Assembly (NCBI GenBank): GCA_963799485.1 | Contig: CAWCXJ010000007.1 | Span: 160,001 to 224,000 of the forward strand | DNA from: an uncultured Trueperaceae bacterium | GTDB lineage: Bacteria; Deinococcota; Deinococci; Deinococcales; Trueperaceae | Direction of reading: 5' to 3' | Length of the DNA stretch: 64,000 bases | Shown here: in pieces, positions 26,458 through 36,018 of the stretch | Position numbering within the stretch: the stretch's first letter is position 1 | Layout of the letters: each line of letters begins with the position of its first letter | Program-made: the position numbers and the translations under genes | Notes under the pieces: generated by a model | Database searches by the model: none | The model's input: the letters and a program-made list of their open reading frames with translations, nothing else | Told to the model about the DNA's origin: nothing

Positions 26458-26844
26458 TTAAGCTGAGGTGGGCGGAATTTCACGTGGTTCGGAACGGGGT
26501 TCGGAACGCGGCTCGCTGCGAGAATCACTGCGCGGCGCTTCTTTGCGGGTGCGCTGCTCGGGCCGGTCACGCGTAATCAAAACGCGCATGACGTTATCGC
26601 GCAAACGCAAGTTAGTACCTAGTTGCCGCGGCGCACTCTCTGAAAGCGACAATTTGTAGATCAAATAGTAGCCTTCGTTGAGTTTGCGAATCGGATAGGC
26701 GAGGCGTTTGTTGCCCCACTCGTCGAGTTCGTGGACTTGGCCTTCGACGCGCCCTATCTGCGCGGCGATAGCGTCTTTCTCGAGTCCCAGCTGCGCTTCG
26801 TTCAGGTTCGGGTCGAGGATGACATTTAGGTCGTAGTTATGCAC
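26458..26844 (-). CDS. rpsF: 30S ribosomal protein S6
   Basis: EWGNKRLAYPI; GGAGG SD before GTG. Confidence 0.97.
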   Translation of the reverse strand: MHNYDLNVILDPNLNEAQLGLEKDAIAAQIGRVEGQVHELDEWGNKRLAYPIRKLNEGYYLIYKLSLSESAPRQLGTNLRLRDNVMRVLITRDRPEQRTRKEAPRSDSRSEPRSEPRSEPREIPPTSA

Positions 26845-27024
26845 CGTTTACCTCCTTTCACGGGGTTTGTGCCGTTGCGTAGGCTTGCTGAAATTTCAGC
26901 CCTGTATTCTAGCACGTCCGCAGCGCTTTGGCCAATCGTCAACTTGCCCAGCTATCTCGGACAAATTTTACGTGAAGCTCGGTGACGCGCGCGAGGTTGC
27001 ACCAAGCTGTTATCGTAAAGGCTC

Positions 27025-27711
27025 ATGGGACCTGCTGCACCAAAGCGAGAGCCGAGACCGAAAAGACTTTTGTACGTTGCTTTGTTGTGGCTGGCTACCT
27101 TGGCAGGCTTTTGGCTTTACGCGCGCGCTTACGGCGAGACCCCGGTTACGCTCCTTAGAAACCTGTTAAACGCACTGCGAGACGATCCGCTGGCACCTTT
27201 TTTTCTACTTTTTATCTACCTGGTGCGACCTCTTTTTCTACTTCCCGTGGGTCTTTTAACCGTTGCGGTCGGGCTGCTTTTCGGCGCTTTTTGGGGCACG
27301 GTTTACGCGCTCTTTGCCGCTCTGCTAACGGCGGCGGTCGCTTACTGGCTCGGTCGTCTTTTTGGTGGTGACTTGCCTGAAGCGGCGCAGGCGGGATGGC
27401 TGGGGCGGCTTAAACAGTACCCGTTCGAAACCGTTTTGCTCTGCCGTTTCCTGGCGGTACCGGGCGACTTGGTGAACTACGCGGCCGGCTACTTGAAGAT
27501 CAGCTTTGCCGCGTTTTTAGGAGCTACGGCAATCGGCGGCTCTCCTGGTCTGCTCGTCGCCGTGTTGGCGGGGGCGTCGCTGACGAGTTTGTCCGAGCGT
27601 TCGACGCGTTTTAGCCTCGACTGGCGTTATCTGCTGGCCTCGGGGGTGCTGCTGCTCCTAAGCCTCGGCGGGTCGTGGCTGTTGCGGCGGCGCACGCGCC
27701 TCAAAATGTAG
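27025..27711 (+). CDS. TVP38/TMEM64 (VTT/DedA superfamily) membrane protein
   Basis: RPLFLLP, GLLFGAFWG, RFLAVPGDLVNYAAG. Confidence 0.85.
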   Translation: MGPAAPKREPRPKRLLYVALLWLATLAGFWLYARAYGETPVTLLRNLLNALRDDPLAPFFLLFIYLVRPLFLLPVGLLTVAVGLLFGAFWGTVYALFAALLTAAVAYWLGRLFGGDLPEAAQAGWLGRLKQYPFETVLLCRFLAVPGDLVNYAAGYLKISFAAFLGATAIGGSPGLLVAVLAGASLTSLSERSTRFSLDWRYLLASGVLLLLSLGGSWLLRRRTRLKM

Positions 27712-27749
27712 AAACGGCTGGGCGCGTAGTAGCTTTATCGACTTACAAA

Positions 27750-27770
27750 CTTGATACAAACGCACTCATA
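27750..27770. promoter_or_regulatory. HAIR-like (HspR) operator upstream of dnaK
   Basis: CTTGATA-N7-ACTCATA vs CTTGAGT-N7-ACTCAAG. Confidence 0.55.
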
Positions 27771-27774
27771 TCTG

Positions 27775-27803
27775 TTGACAAGAGAAGCTCGAGGCAGTAT
27801 ACT
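27775..27803 (+). promoter_or_regulatory. SigA-type promoter of dnaK operon
   Basis: TTGACA-N17-TATACT. Confidence 0.85.
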
Positions 27804-27902
27804 CACGGCTGGATATGAGCGTCTTACGCGCAGATACATTTGACATCACCTTATCAACACATCTGTGGGGCGCAAACTACATAAATAAGATTAGGAGAGA
27901 TC

Positions 27903-29780
27903 ATGGCTAAAGCAGTCGGTATTGATTTGGGTACGACGAACAGCGTCATCGCCATTATGGAAGGTGGCGAACCGACGGTTCTCGTCAACAGCGAAGGCAA
28001 CCGCACGACTCCCTCGGTGGTGGCTTTCAAGGGCGACCAGCGGCTCGTCGGGCAGGTGGCCAAACGGCAGTCGGTGCTAAACGCCAAAGGCACCCTGTTC
28101 GAGGTCAAACGTTACATCGGTCGTTCGTGGGACGAGGTGAAAGCAGAGGCCGAGCGCTCACCCTACGAAGTCGTGCGCGGTAGCGACGGCGGCGTCCGCT
28201 TTGTCGTCGACGGCAAACAGTACACTCCCGAAGAAGTCTCTGCAATGGTCTTGCAAAAGCTCGTCGAAGACGCTTCGGCAACACTCGGTGAAAAGGTCAC
28301 AAAGGCTGTGATTACCGTGCCCGCGTACTTCAACAACTCGCAGCGCGAAGCGACGCAAAACGCCGGACGTATCGCCGGCTTGGAAGTCTTGCGTATCGTC
28401 AACGAACCGACAGCGGCGGCGCTCGCTTACGGTTTGGAGAAAAAAGGCAACGAGACCGTGTTGGTTTTTGACCTCGGCGGCGGCACCTTCGACGTGTCGG
28501 TGCTAGAAGTCGGCGACGGTGTATTCGAGGTGCGGAGTACAAACGGGCACACCGACTTGGGCGGTTCGGATTTCGACTACGCAGTCGTCAACTGGCTTGC
28601 CGAAGACTTCAAAAAGGAATATAGCGTCGATCTTCGTAAAGACAAGCAGGCGCTCCAGCGTATGCTCGAGGCGGCCGAAAAAGCCAAAATCGAACTCTCA
28701 GGCATCCCCGAAACGACCATCAGCTTGCCGTTTATTGCGATGGATCCGGCGTCGAACGCGCCCTTATACCTCGAGAAAAAACTCTCGAGGGCCAAGTTCG
28801 AAGAACTCATCGGCTCGCTGCTCGACCGGGTTCGCGGCCCCGTAGAAGCGGCGCTCAAAGACGCCAAGCTCTCAAAAAGCGATATCGACGAGGTGATTTT
28901 GGTCGGCGGCTCGACGCGCATCCCGGCGGTTAAAAAACTCGTTCAGGAAATGCTCGGCAAAGCGCCCAATCAGTCGGTCAACCCCGATGAAGTGGTGGCG
29001 TTAGGTGCGGCAGTTCAGGCGGGTGTCCTGACCGGCGACGTGGAAGACATTGTGCTTTTAGACGTAACTCCGCTTTCACTCGGCGTCGAGACCAAAGGCG
29101 GCGTGTTTACCAAACTCGTCGAACGCAACACCGCCATTCCGGTACGCAAGACCGAAACTTTCTCGACCGCCGAGATGAACCAGACGGGCGTCGAGGTTCA
29201 CGTGCTTCAGGGTGAGCGTTCGATGGCGCATGACAACAAGTCGCTGGGCCGCTTTAAGTTGGACGGTATCCCACCCATGCCCGCCGGCATGCCGCAGATT
29301 GAAATCTCGTATGACATCAACGCCAACGGCATCTTGAACGTCACCGCCAAAGAGAAGTCGACCAATAAAGAAGCGTCGATCACCATCCAGAACACCACCA
29401 CTTTGTCCGAAGATGAAGTCGATCGGATGGTCAAAGACGCCGAGGCGAACGCCGAACGCGACCGCGAAGCGCGCGAACACACCGAGGCGAAAAACACGCT
29501 CGACAGCCTCCGGGTGCAGGCGCAGCGCACCGTCGACGAATCGACCGCCGATGACGACGCGAAGCAACCCGTTAAACGCGTGATTGCCGAAGCGCAGAGC
29601 GCCATCGACAGCGACGCGCCCAAGAGCCGTTTAGAGGAACTGACCCGCGAGCTGAGCGAAAAGGTCGCCGAACTGCAGCAGGCCGCGCCGCCCCAGGGTG
29701 ACGACACGCAGGGCGAAGGTGAAGGGCAGCCACAAGGTCAAGACGACGTGGTAGACGCCGACTTCAAACCGGCAGGTTAA
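27903..29780 (+). CDS. dnaK: Chaperone DnaK
   Basis: [26 protein letters not shown]. Confidence 0.99.
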   Translation: MAKAVGIDLGTTNSVIAIMEGGEPTVLVNSEGNRTTPSVVAFKGDQRLVGQVAKRQSVLNAKGTLFEVKRYIGRSWDEVKAEAERSPYEVVRGSDGGVRFVVDGKQYTPEEVSAMVLQKLVEDASATLGEKVTKAVITVPAYFNNSQREATQNAGRIAGLEVLRIVNEPTAAALAYGLEKKGNETVLVFDLGGGTFDVSVLEVGDGVFEVRSTNGHTDLGGSDFDYAVVNWLAEDFKKEYSVDLRKDKQALQRMLEAAEKAKIELSGIPETTISLPFIAMDPASNAPLYLEKKLSRAKFEELIGSLLDRVRGPVEAALKDAKLSKSDIDEVILVGGSTRIPAVKKLVQEMLGKAPNQSVNPDEVVALGAAVQAGVLTGDVEDIVLLDVTPLSLGVETKGGVFTKLVERNTAIPVRKTETFSTAEMNQTGVEVHVLQGERSMAHDNKSLGRFKLDGIPPMPAGMPQIEISYDINANGILNVTAKEKSTNKEASITIQNTTTLSEDEVDRMVKDAEANAERDREAREHTEAKNTLDSLRVQAQRTVDESTADDDAKQPVKRVIAEAQSAIDSDAPKSRLEELTRELSEKVAELQQAAPPQGDDTQGEGEGQPQGQDDVVDADFKPAG

Positions 29781-29782
29781 CG

Positions 29783-30349
29783 ATGCGTAACGACGAGACG
29801 CAAACCAAAGTTGCAACAGACGACGCGGTGGGGGACGACCCCACCGCTACCCCTAAAGCCGACACCGACACGGTAGAGCTGAATGAGGTCGAGGTGTTGC
29901 AGGGCGAGTTGGAGCGTGCCCACGCTGAAACCGCCGACTTTAGAGACCGCTTTTTGCGGGCCAGAGCCGACCTCGAGAATTACCGCCGCCGCGCGGCACA
30001 AGATGTTCTGCGTGCCCGCGACGCCGGGTTGGAAAGTGCTGTACTACCGCTTTTAGCTGTTTACGACGACCTCAGCCGCGCGCTCGGCGTCGGTGCAGAC
30101 GACCCGGCGCAACTTGTTCCCGGGATTCAGGCAGTACGCGACGGACTTCAGCGCAATTTGGGCGCGCTCGGGTTTACTGAGATCGGCGTCAAGGGTGAAC
30201 CGTTTAATCCCGACCTGCACGAAGCCCTCACTGCAATTCCGGCAGGAGACGAAAACGCCGCCGATACGATTGCCGAAGTCGTTCAAACCGGTTTTACCAA
30301 AGACGACCGGCTCGTTCGGCCTGCTCGAGTCGTCGTTTTTCAGGGTTAA
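29783..30349 (+). CDS. grpE: Nucleotide exchange factor GrpE
   Basis: ADLENYRRR, FNPDLHEA, LVRPARV. Confidence 0.96.
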   Translation: MRNDETQTKVATDDAVGDDPTATPKADTDTVELNEVEVLQGELERAHAETADFRDRFLRARADLENYRRRAAQDVLRARDAGLESAVLPLLAVYDDLSRALGVGADDPAQLVPGIQAVRDGLQRNLGALGFTEIGVKGEPFNPDLHEALTAIPAGDENAADTIAEVVQTGFTKDDRLVRPARVVVFQG

Positions 30350-30375
30350 GTCTGTTAGCCGGAAAGGAGGGGTGA

Positions 30376-31323
30376 ATGGCTGCTTACAAAGACTACTACC
30401 AGACGCTCGGTGTACCTCGGAGCGCGTCGCAAAAAGAAATCCGCTCGGCGTACCGTAAACTTGCAGCCAAGCATCACCCCGACCGCAACCAAGGTGACGC
30501 GGCGGCTGAAGAGAGGTTCAAGGAAATCGGCGAAGCCTACGCCGTTCTAAACGACGACGAAAAGCGCAAAATCTACGACCAGTACGGCGCGGAGGCGGCG
30601 AAAGGCGGCTTTTCACCGGGTGCAGGCGGCTTTACCGGGGCTACTGGTGATTATGCCGGTGGTTATGCCGGAACCCAGGCCGGGGACTTCAGCGACTTTT
30701 TTCAAACGCTCTTCGGCGGCGGTTTCGGGAGTGCAACCAGCTTCAGCACCGGTGGGTTTGACACCCGGTTTCAAACTGCCGCACAACCCCGCACCGGAAC
30801 AGCGCGCAGCTCGTTCGGATTTCAGGCGAGACCGCTCGAGGCCGAGTTGCAGGTCGCTTTGCGCGACGCCTACAGCGGCGCGACCAAAACCATCAGCCTG
30901 GAAGGAAAACGGCTCGAGGTCACGCTCCCGGCAGGCAGCCGTGACGGCAGCCGCTTGCGCCTGCGCGGACAAGCCCCCGACGGCGGCGACGTGGTGCTGA
31001 CGCTCAGGTTTGCACCGGACAACCGCTTTACGCTCGAGGGCGACGATGTGCGCGTCACAATAGACGTGCCCGATTACGTCGCTGTCTTGGGCGGCAGCGC
31101 CCGCGTACCGACGCTCGGGGGCGACGTGGAGATGACCTTACCGAAAGGTACGCGCGCCGGACGTTCGTTTAGACTTAAAGGCCAGGGTTGGCCCCGTAAG
31201 GGTGGCGGCAAGGGCGACCAGTTTGCCGTGGTGCGAATTACCACCCCGGAAAGGCCGAGTGAAACGCAGTTGGAGCTTTATCGGCAGCTTGCAGCCTTGA
31301 ACCGTGAACCCGTTCCCGGTTGA
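30376..31323 (+). CDS. dnaJ: DnaJ co-chaperone lacking the Zn-finger (class B)
   Basis: J domain with HPD, G/F region, C-terminal domain; no CxxCxGxG repeats. Confidence 0.92.
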   Translation: MAAYKDYYQTLGVPRSASQKEIRSAYRKLAAKHHPDRNQGDAAAEERFKEIGEAYAVLNDDEKRKIYDQYGAEAAKGGFSPGAGGFTGATGDYAGGYAGTQAGDFSDFFQTLFGGGFGSATSFSTGGFDTRFQTAAQPRTGTARSSFGFQARPLEAELQVALRDAYSGATKTISLEGKRLEVTLPAGSRDGSRLRLRGQAPDGGDVVLTLRFAPDNRFTLEGDDVRVTIDVPDYVAVLGGSARVPTLGGDVEMTLPKGTRAGRSFRLKGQGWPRKGGGKGDQFAVVRITTPERPSETQLELYRQLAALNREPVPG

Positions 31324-31479
31324 CCTTCAACAGGCTGACCCAAACAGACCGACATGAACAAACTTGGTTTGGTGGGCGAGATGTTTAACGTTTCGTCCAC
31401 TTTCTCATACGCTGCGTGTTAGGGTTTGGCTAGTCAAGTGAGGCGGCAACGCGCCGCTTTTTTAGTGAAAGGAACCTCC

Positions 31480-32601
31480 GTGAACACAAAAGGCCCCTTC
31501 GTAAGCAAGCAGCGCACAAACGAAAAAAGATTTCCCGTTTTTTGGACGGTTGTGACGCTTCTCGTTGTCTCCGGACTGATGCTCGTTGCGGCGCAAACCG
31601 CTGCCCAGTCTGGTGGCGCAGTGTCCGGCGGCGCAGCGTCCGGCGGCGCGCAGACCGCAACGCCCGCCGACCCTAACGCCGTCGTTTTGGAACTAGGTAA
31701 CAAGACGGTTTCGGTAGCCGGGTTTGAAAAACGCTTTAACATCGCCCTGCGCGCACTAGCGGCGCAGCAAGGCGCACCTTTGGATGAGGCGACGCTCGCT
31801 CAGTTCGCCAGCCTCAGGCCCAACTTTCTAGACCAGTTTGCCACGCAAGAAGTCTTGTTGCAGCAAGCGCAAGAGCGGGGTGTCGAGGTTTCTAAAGCGG
31901 ACGTCGACGCTGAACTCGAGGCTGCCAGAGCCTCTGCCGGAGGCAATTTTCAGCAGGCGCTTACTGTGGCGGGGTATCAAAACGAGGCTGAACTGCGGAG
32001 CTACATCCGCGAATCGTTGACCCTGCAACGCGTGGTCGAGCAAATTCGGAGCAATATCACAGTCGATGACAACGCCGTTCGCACTTTTTACGACAACAAC
32101 AAAGACCAGTTTGGGCAGTCCGAGCAGGTTTGCGCGCAGCACATCTTGGTTGCAGACAAGGCCAAGGCCGATGAGCTGTACCAGCAGTTGCAAAATGGTG
32201 GCGACTTTGCCGAACTCGCCGCTGCCAACAGTATCGACCCGGGCAGCAAAGATAGCGGCGGCGATCTGGGTTGCCTGAGCCGGGGTCAGACCGTACCGGA
32301 ATTTGAGGCGGCGGCGTTCGGCGCTGAAGTCGGGACGATAACCGAGCCGGTTCAGAGCCAGTTCGGGTATCACATCATCAAGGTCAACGAGAAAAACCCG
32401 GCAACGACGACCCCGTTTGCCCAGGTCAGAGACCAGGTACGCCAACAACTCGTTAGTGAACGGCTGGGTGAAAGGATCGCAGCCCTGCGCGAAGCTTCCG
32501 GCATCCAAACTTTTCCTGAAGTGTTGCCGCAAACGCCGCCGGTTGCACCTGTCCAACCCGAAATTACGCCGCCGCCCGCCCCGGAGAGTGGCGGTCAGTA
32601 G
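31480..32601 (+). CDS. Exported parvulin-type peptidyl-prolyl isomerase (PrsA/SurA-like)
   Basis: Signal/TM segment, QHILV, GGDLG, VPEFE, QFGYHIIKV; start uncertain (GTG 31480 after AAAGGA). Confidence 0.88.
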   Translation: MNTKGPFVSKQRTNEKRFPVFWTVVTLLVVSGLMLVAAQTAAQSGGAVSGGAASGGAQTATPADPNAVVLELGNKTVSVAGFEKRFNIALRALAAQQGAPLDEATLAQFASLRPNFLDQFATQEVLLQQAQERGVEVSKADVDAELEAARASAGGNFQQALTVAGYQNEAELRSYIRESLTLQRVVEQIRSNITVDDNAVRTFYDNNKDQFGQSEQVCAQHILVADKAKADELYQQLQNGGDFAELAAANSIDPGSKDSGGDLGCLSRGQTVPEFEAAAFGAEVGTITEPVQSQFGYHIIKVNEKNPATTTPFAQVRDQVRQQLVSERLGERIAALREASGIQTFPEVLPQTPPVAPVQPEITPPPAPESGGQ

Positions 32602-32623
32602 CCCGCATTCTCGCGTCTTTAGC

Positions 32624-32650
32624 AAGGAGCCCACCAGGGCTCCTTCTTTT
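32624..32650 (+). terminator. Intrinsic terminator
   Basis: AAGGAGCCC-ACCA-GGGCTCCTT then CTTTT. Confidence 0.8.
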
Positions 32651-32662
32651 GTTTAACCGAGC

Positions 32663-33334
32663 TCAGGGCGCCAGCCGCTCGAGCCGCCACCCTTCACCCT
32701 GCCGAGAATAGCGGAACCTGTCGTGCAGTCTATTGGGCCGTCCTTGCCAGAACTCGAGCCTCCCCGGTCTCACCACAAGGCCGCCCCAAAAGTCCGGTAG
32801 CGGCACCTCGCCCGGAAACTCGGCCTCGACCTCTTTGAGGCGGGCCTCGAGTACCCCCCGGTTGTCGATCACCCGACTTTGCGGCGAAACCCACTCGCTC
32901 AGCTGTGACCCCCTGGGCCGCGTTTTGTGGTACGCTTCGGACTCTTTGGTAGGAAGCTTTGAAACCGTCCCTTCAACCCGAACTTGACGTTCTAAAGCAA
33001 GCCAGTTAAAGACAAGCGCAACTTTCGGGTTTTCTGCCAGTTCGTGTGCCTTGCGGCTTTCGTAATTTGTGTAGAAGACAAACCCGCGCTCATCTAAACC
33101 TTTGAGCAGCACGACCCTTGCCGAAGGTTGACCGGCAGCATCTACGGTTGCCAGAGTCATGGCGTTGGCCTCGAGCATCGCTCCCTCTTTAGCAGCGTTT
33201 TGCGCGTCGTCCAGCCAATTTTGAAACTGTTTTACGGGATCGGCGTCGAGGTCGTGTTCGTCTAGAGTACCCTGGGTATAGTTTCGTCTTAAGTCGGCTA
33301 GGTCTTTGGTGTTCACTCCGGTATTATCCCGCAT
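32663..33334 (-). CDS. pdxH: Pyridoxamine 5'-phosphate oxidase
   Basis: RVVLLK, FYTNYESRK, EFWQGRPNRLHDR, RLAP; start may be GTG 33316. Confidence 0.96.
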   Translation of the reverse strand: MRDNTGVNTKDLADLRRNYTQGTLDEHDLDADPVKQFQNWLDDAQNAAKEGAMLEANAMTLATVDAAGQPSARVVLLKGLDERGFVFYTNYESRKAHELAENPKVALVFNWLALERQVRVEGTVSKLPTKESEAYHKTRPRGSQLSEWVSPQSRVIDNRGVLEARLKEVEAEFPGEVPLPDFWGGLVVRPGRLEFWQGRPNRLHDRFRYSRQGEGWRLERLAP

Positions 33335-33433
33335 TAACAGCGCCGAGTGGCGGCGTGTGCCCCTTACGTCACAAACAGACCCACGCCGCGTTCTATAAAC
33401 TTGGGTTTAGTATTGACCAAGAGGAGGCGAAAG

Positions 33434-33733
33434 ATGAACGATTACGACCGCGAACAAGACGGCGATTTGGGCGGCGACGAAACCCCGTACATGAGCGACG
33501 ACGACGAGTTCGAGCGCGACGGTACCCACGAGATTGCGATTGACGAGCTGAGCGAAAATACGGCGCGGCGCGACGAGCTTGCGCGGCGACTCGAGGATTT
33601 GGTGGCAACCGCGCTCGAGTGGTCTGAAATCAGCGAAGACGAAGACGCCCAAGACATCTACGAGGCGCTCGCTGACCTTTACGAACGCGTGAGTGTGCCG
33701 CTCGAGGACACCGACGACGAGTTGGTCGAGTAG
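33434..33733 (+). CDS. Very acidic 99-aa hypothetical protein
   Basis: GAGGAGG SD before ATG 33434; fills the gap between pdxH and yyaL. Confidence 0.8.
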   Translation: MNDYDREQDGDLGGDETPYMSDDDEFERDGTHEIAIDELSENTARRDELARRLEDLVATALEWSEISEDEDAQDIYEALADLYERVSVPLEDTDDELVE

Positions 33734-33920
33734 CCTGAAGCGCACTGATTCGGGTTTGGTTGCAAAGGTGCTACGAAGCAAGCATTAAAGAGCAAGCATA
33801 ATGAAAACGGCGTAGGCTCGAGTTCTACGCCGTTCGTTTTGAGCAGTACAGACTTTGAGCCATACGAATATCGTAAGCTGCACGGTCACGCCGTAAAACC
33901 GGGTCGTTTACGGTGAAGTT

Positions 33921-35960
33921 ATGTCTAACGAAGCCACATCCAACCGCCTCAAAAATGAAACGAGTCCGTACCTGCTGCAACACGCCGAGAATCCCGTAAA
34001 CTGGTTTCCCTGGGGCGACGAAGCGTTCGACCTCGCCAAAGCCCAAGACAAACCCGTGCTGCTTTCTATCGGTTACTCCGCGTGTCACTGGTGTCACGTG
34101 ATGGCGCACGAATCGTTTGAAGACCCGCAAATTGCCGCGCTGATGAACGAGCTCTACGTTTCCATCAAGGTTGACCGCGAAGAGCGCCCGGACGTGGACG
34201 CGGTGTATATGAGCGCGGTGCAGGCGTTGACCGGTTCGGGCGGCTGGCCGTTGACGGTGTTTTTAACGCCTGAAGGCAAGCCGTTTTACGGCGGCACGTA
34301 TTACCCGCCCGCAGACCGTTTGGGGCATCCCGGTTTTCGGCGTGTCTTAACGAGTCTCGCGGGGGTTTGGCAGGAGCGCCGGGGAGAGGCGCTTGAAGCG
34401 GCGGAGTCTCTGACCGGGCAGCTCGAGGCGCAAGTCCCGTCGGTACCGGGAGATTTAGACAATGTTACAACGGACGCTTTAGAGACCCTTTCCAACACCT
34501 TCGACCCGGTTTACGGCGGTTTCGGCAGTGCGCCCAAGTTTCCGCCGCACACGGCGCTGAAGTTTCTCCTGTTACGCCCGGAACCGCGCGCTTTGGAGAT
34601 GGCGAACGTCACCCTTACAAAGATGGCCCAGGGTGGTATTTACGACCAACTCGGCGGCGGCTTTTCGCGTTACAGCGTTGATGCTAAATGGCTCGTCCCA
34701 CATTTTGAAAAGATGCTCTACGACAACGCGCAGCTTGTGAGCCGCTACGCCGAGGCGTTTACGGCGTCTCAAAATCCGCTTTACCGGCAAGTTATCGAAG
34801 ACACGCTGACGTTTGCCGAACGCGAACTCATGTCCCCCGAAGGCGGCTTTTACAGCGCCTTAGACGCCGATTCCGAAGGGGTAGAAGGCAAGTATTACGT
34901 CTGGACGGCGGCAGAATTAGACGCGCTTTTAGGCGATGACGCCGAACTCGTCAAAGCGCACTACGGCGTGACGGCTGCCGGAAACTTTGAAGGTCAGAGC
35001 ATTTTGTTTGTCGCTCAAAATATCGAGGCTTTAGCAGAACAGTTCTCCCTCGCCGAAGCTGACGTTACGGAAAAGCTAAACCGCGTCAAAAAAACCCTGT
35101 TCGACGCGCGGCAACCTCGGGTTCGGCCCGGTCTCGACGACAAGATTCTCTGTTCGTGGAACGGCCTGATGCTGTCCGCTTACGCCGACGCGGGGCGCGT
35201 TTTACGGCGAGCGGATTATCTGGAGACGGCCCGTAAAACCGCAAGGTTTATGCAAGAAGCGTTTTACGGTAACGGGCGGCTCAAGCACACCTATAAGGCG
35301 GGGCGGGCCAAAGTTGAAGGGTTGTTGGAGGATTACGCCTACTTCGCCCACGGGCTCGTAAGCCTTTACGGGGCGACGCTCGAGGCCGACTGGCTGCTGC
35401 TCGCGCTGGACCTCACCGAAACCATCGTCAAAGACTTTCACGACGCCGACGCGGGCGGGTTTTACGGCACGGTTCCCGGCGGCGACCTCATCGTCCGGCC
35501 CAAAGACCTGTTCGACGCGGCGACGCCTTCGGGCAACGGTGCGGCGGCAGAACTGCTTGTCACCTTATCGCGTCACACCGATAACCGCGACTGGGAAGAC
35601 CTGGCGCTCGACGCCGTAAAACCGCTGCAAGAGGCGCTGCGCCGCTATCCGACCGGGTTTGCGTCATGCCTCACGGCTGTTGAAAAGCTTTACGCGCCGC
35701 CCAGGGAAATCGCCGTCTTCGGCAGCCGCAACGACCCGGAAACGCAGGCGCTTTTGGACGTACTTGACGAATTCGACCTGACGTTTACGGCGGTGGCGCT
35801 CATTGAAACAGATGACCCGCTCATAAAAAAACTGCCTTTTACGCAGAACCGGGGCCGAGTGGAGGGCCGACCGACGGCTTATGTCTGCGAACGGGGCGCG
35901 TGCCGCTTGCCGGTTACGACCCCGGACGCTCTACGTGAACAGCTCAGCCAAGCAACCTGA
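33921..35960 (+). CDS. Thioredoxin-domain protein, YyaL/SSP411 family
   Basis: [41 protein letters not shown]. Confidence 0.93.
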   Translation: MSNEATSNRLKNETSPYLLQHAENPVNWFPWGDEAFDLAKAQDKPVLLSIGYSACHWCHVMAHESFEDPQIAALMNELYVSIKVDREERPDVDAVYMSAVQALTGSGGWPLTVFLTPEGKPFYGGTYYPPADRLGHPGFRRVLTSLAGVWQERRGEALEAAESLTGQLEAQVPSVPGDLDNVTTDALETLSNTFDPVYGGFGSAPKFPPHTALKFLLLRPEPRALEMANVTLTKMAQGGIYDQLGGGFSRYSVDAKWLVPHFEKMLYDNAQLVSRYAEAFTASQNPLYRQVIEDTLTFAERELMSPEGGFYSALDADSEGVEGKYYVWTAAELDALLGDDAELVKAHYGVTAAGNFEGQSILFVAQNIEALAEQFSLAEADVTEKLNRVKKTLFDARQPRVRPGLDDKILCSWNGLMLSAYADAGRVLRRADYLETARKTARFMQEAFYGNGRLKHTYKAGRAKVEGLLEDYAYFAHGLVSLYGATLEADWLLLALDLTETIVKDFHDADAGGFYGTVPGGDLIVRPKDLFDAATPSGNGAAAELLVTLSRHTDNRDWEDLALDAVKPLQEALRRYPTGFASCLTAVEKLYAPPREIAVFGSRNDPETQALLDVLDEFDLTFTAVALIETDDPLIKKLPFTQNRGRVEGRPTAYVCERGACRLPVTTPDALREQLSQAT

Positions 35961-36018
35961 ACGGGGCCGATTTGCGATTTCTGGCATGTGTTTCGCCGCT
36001 AGTCGTTAAGATAAAAGG

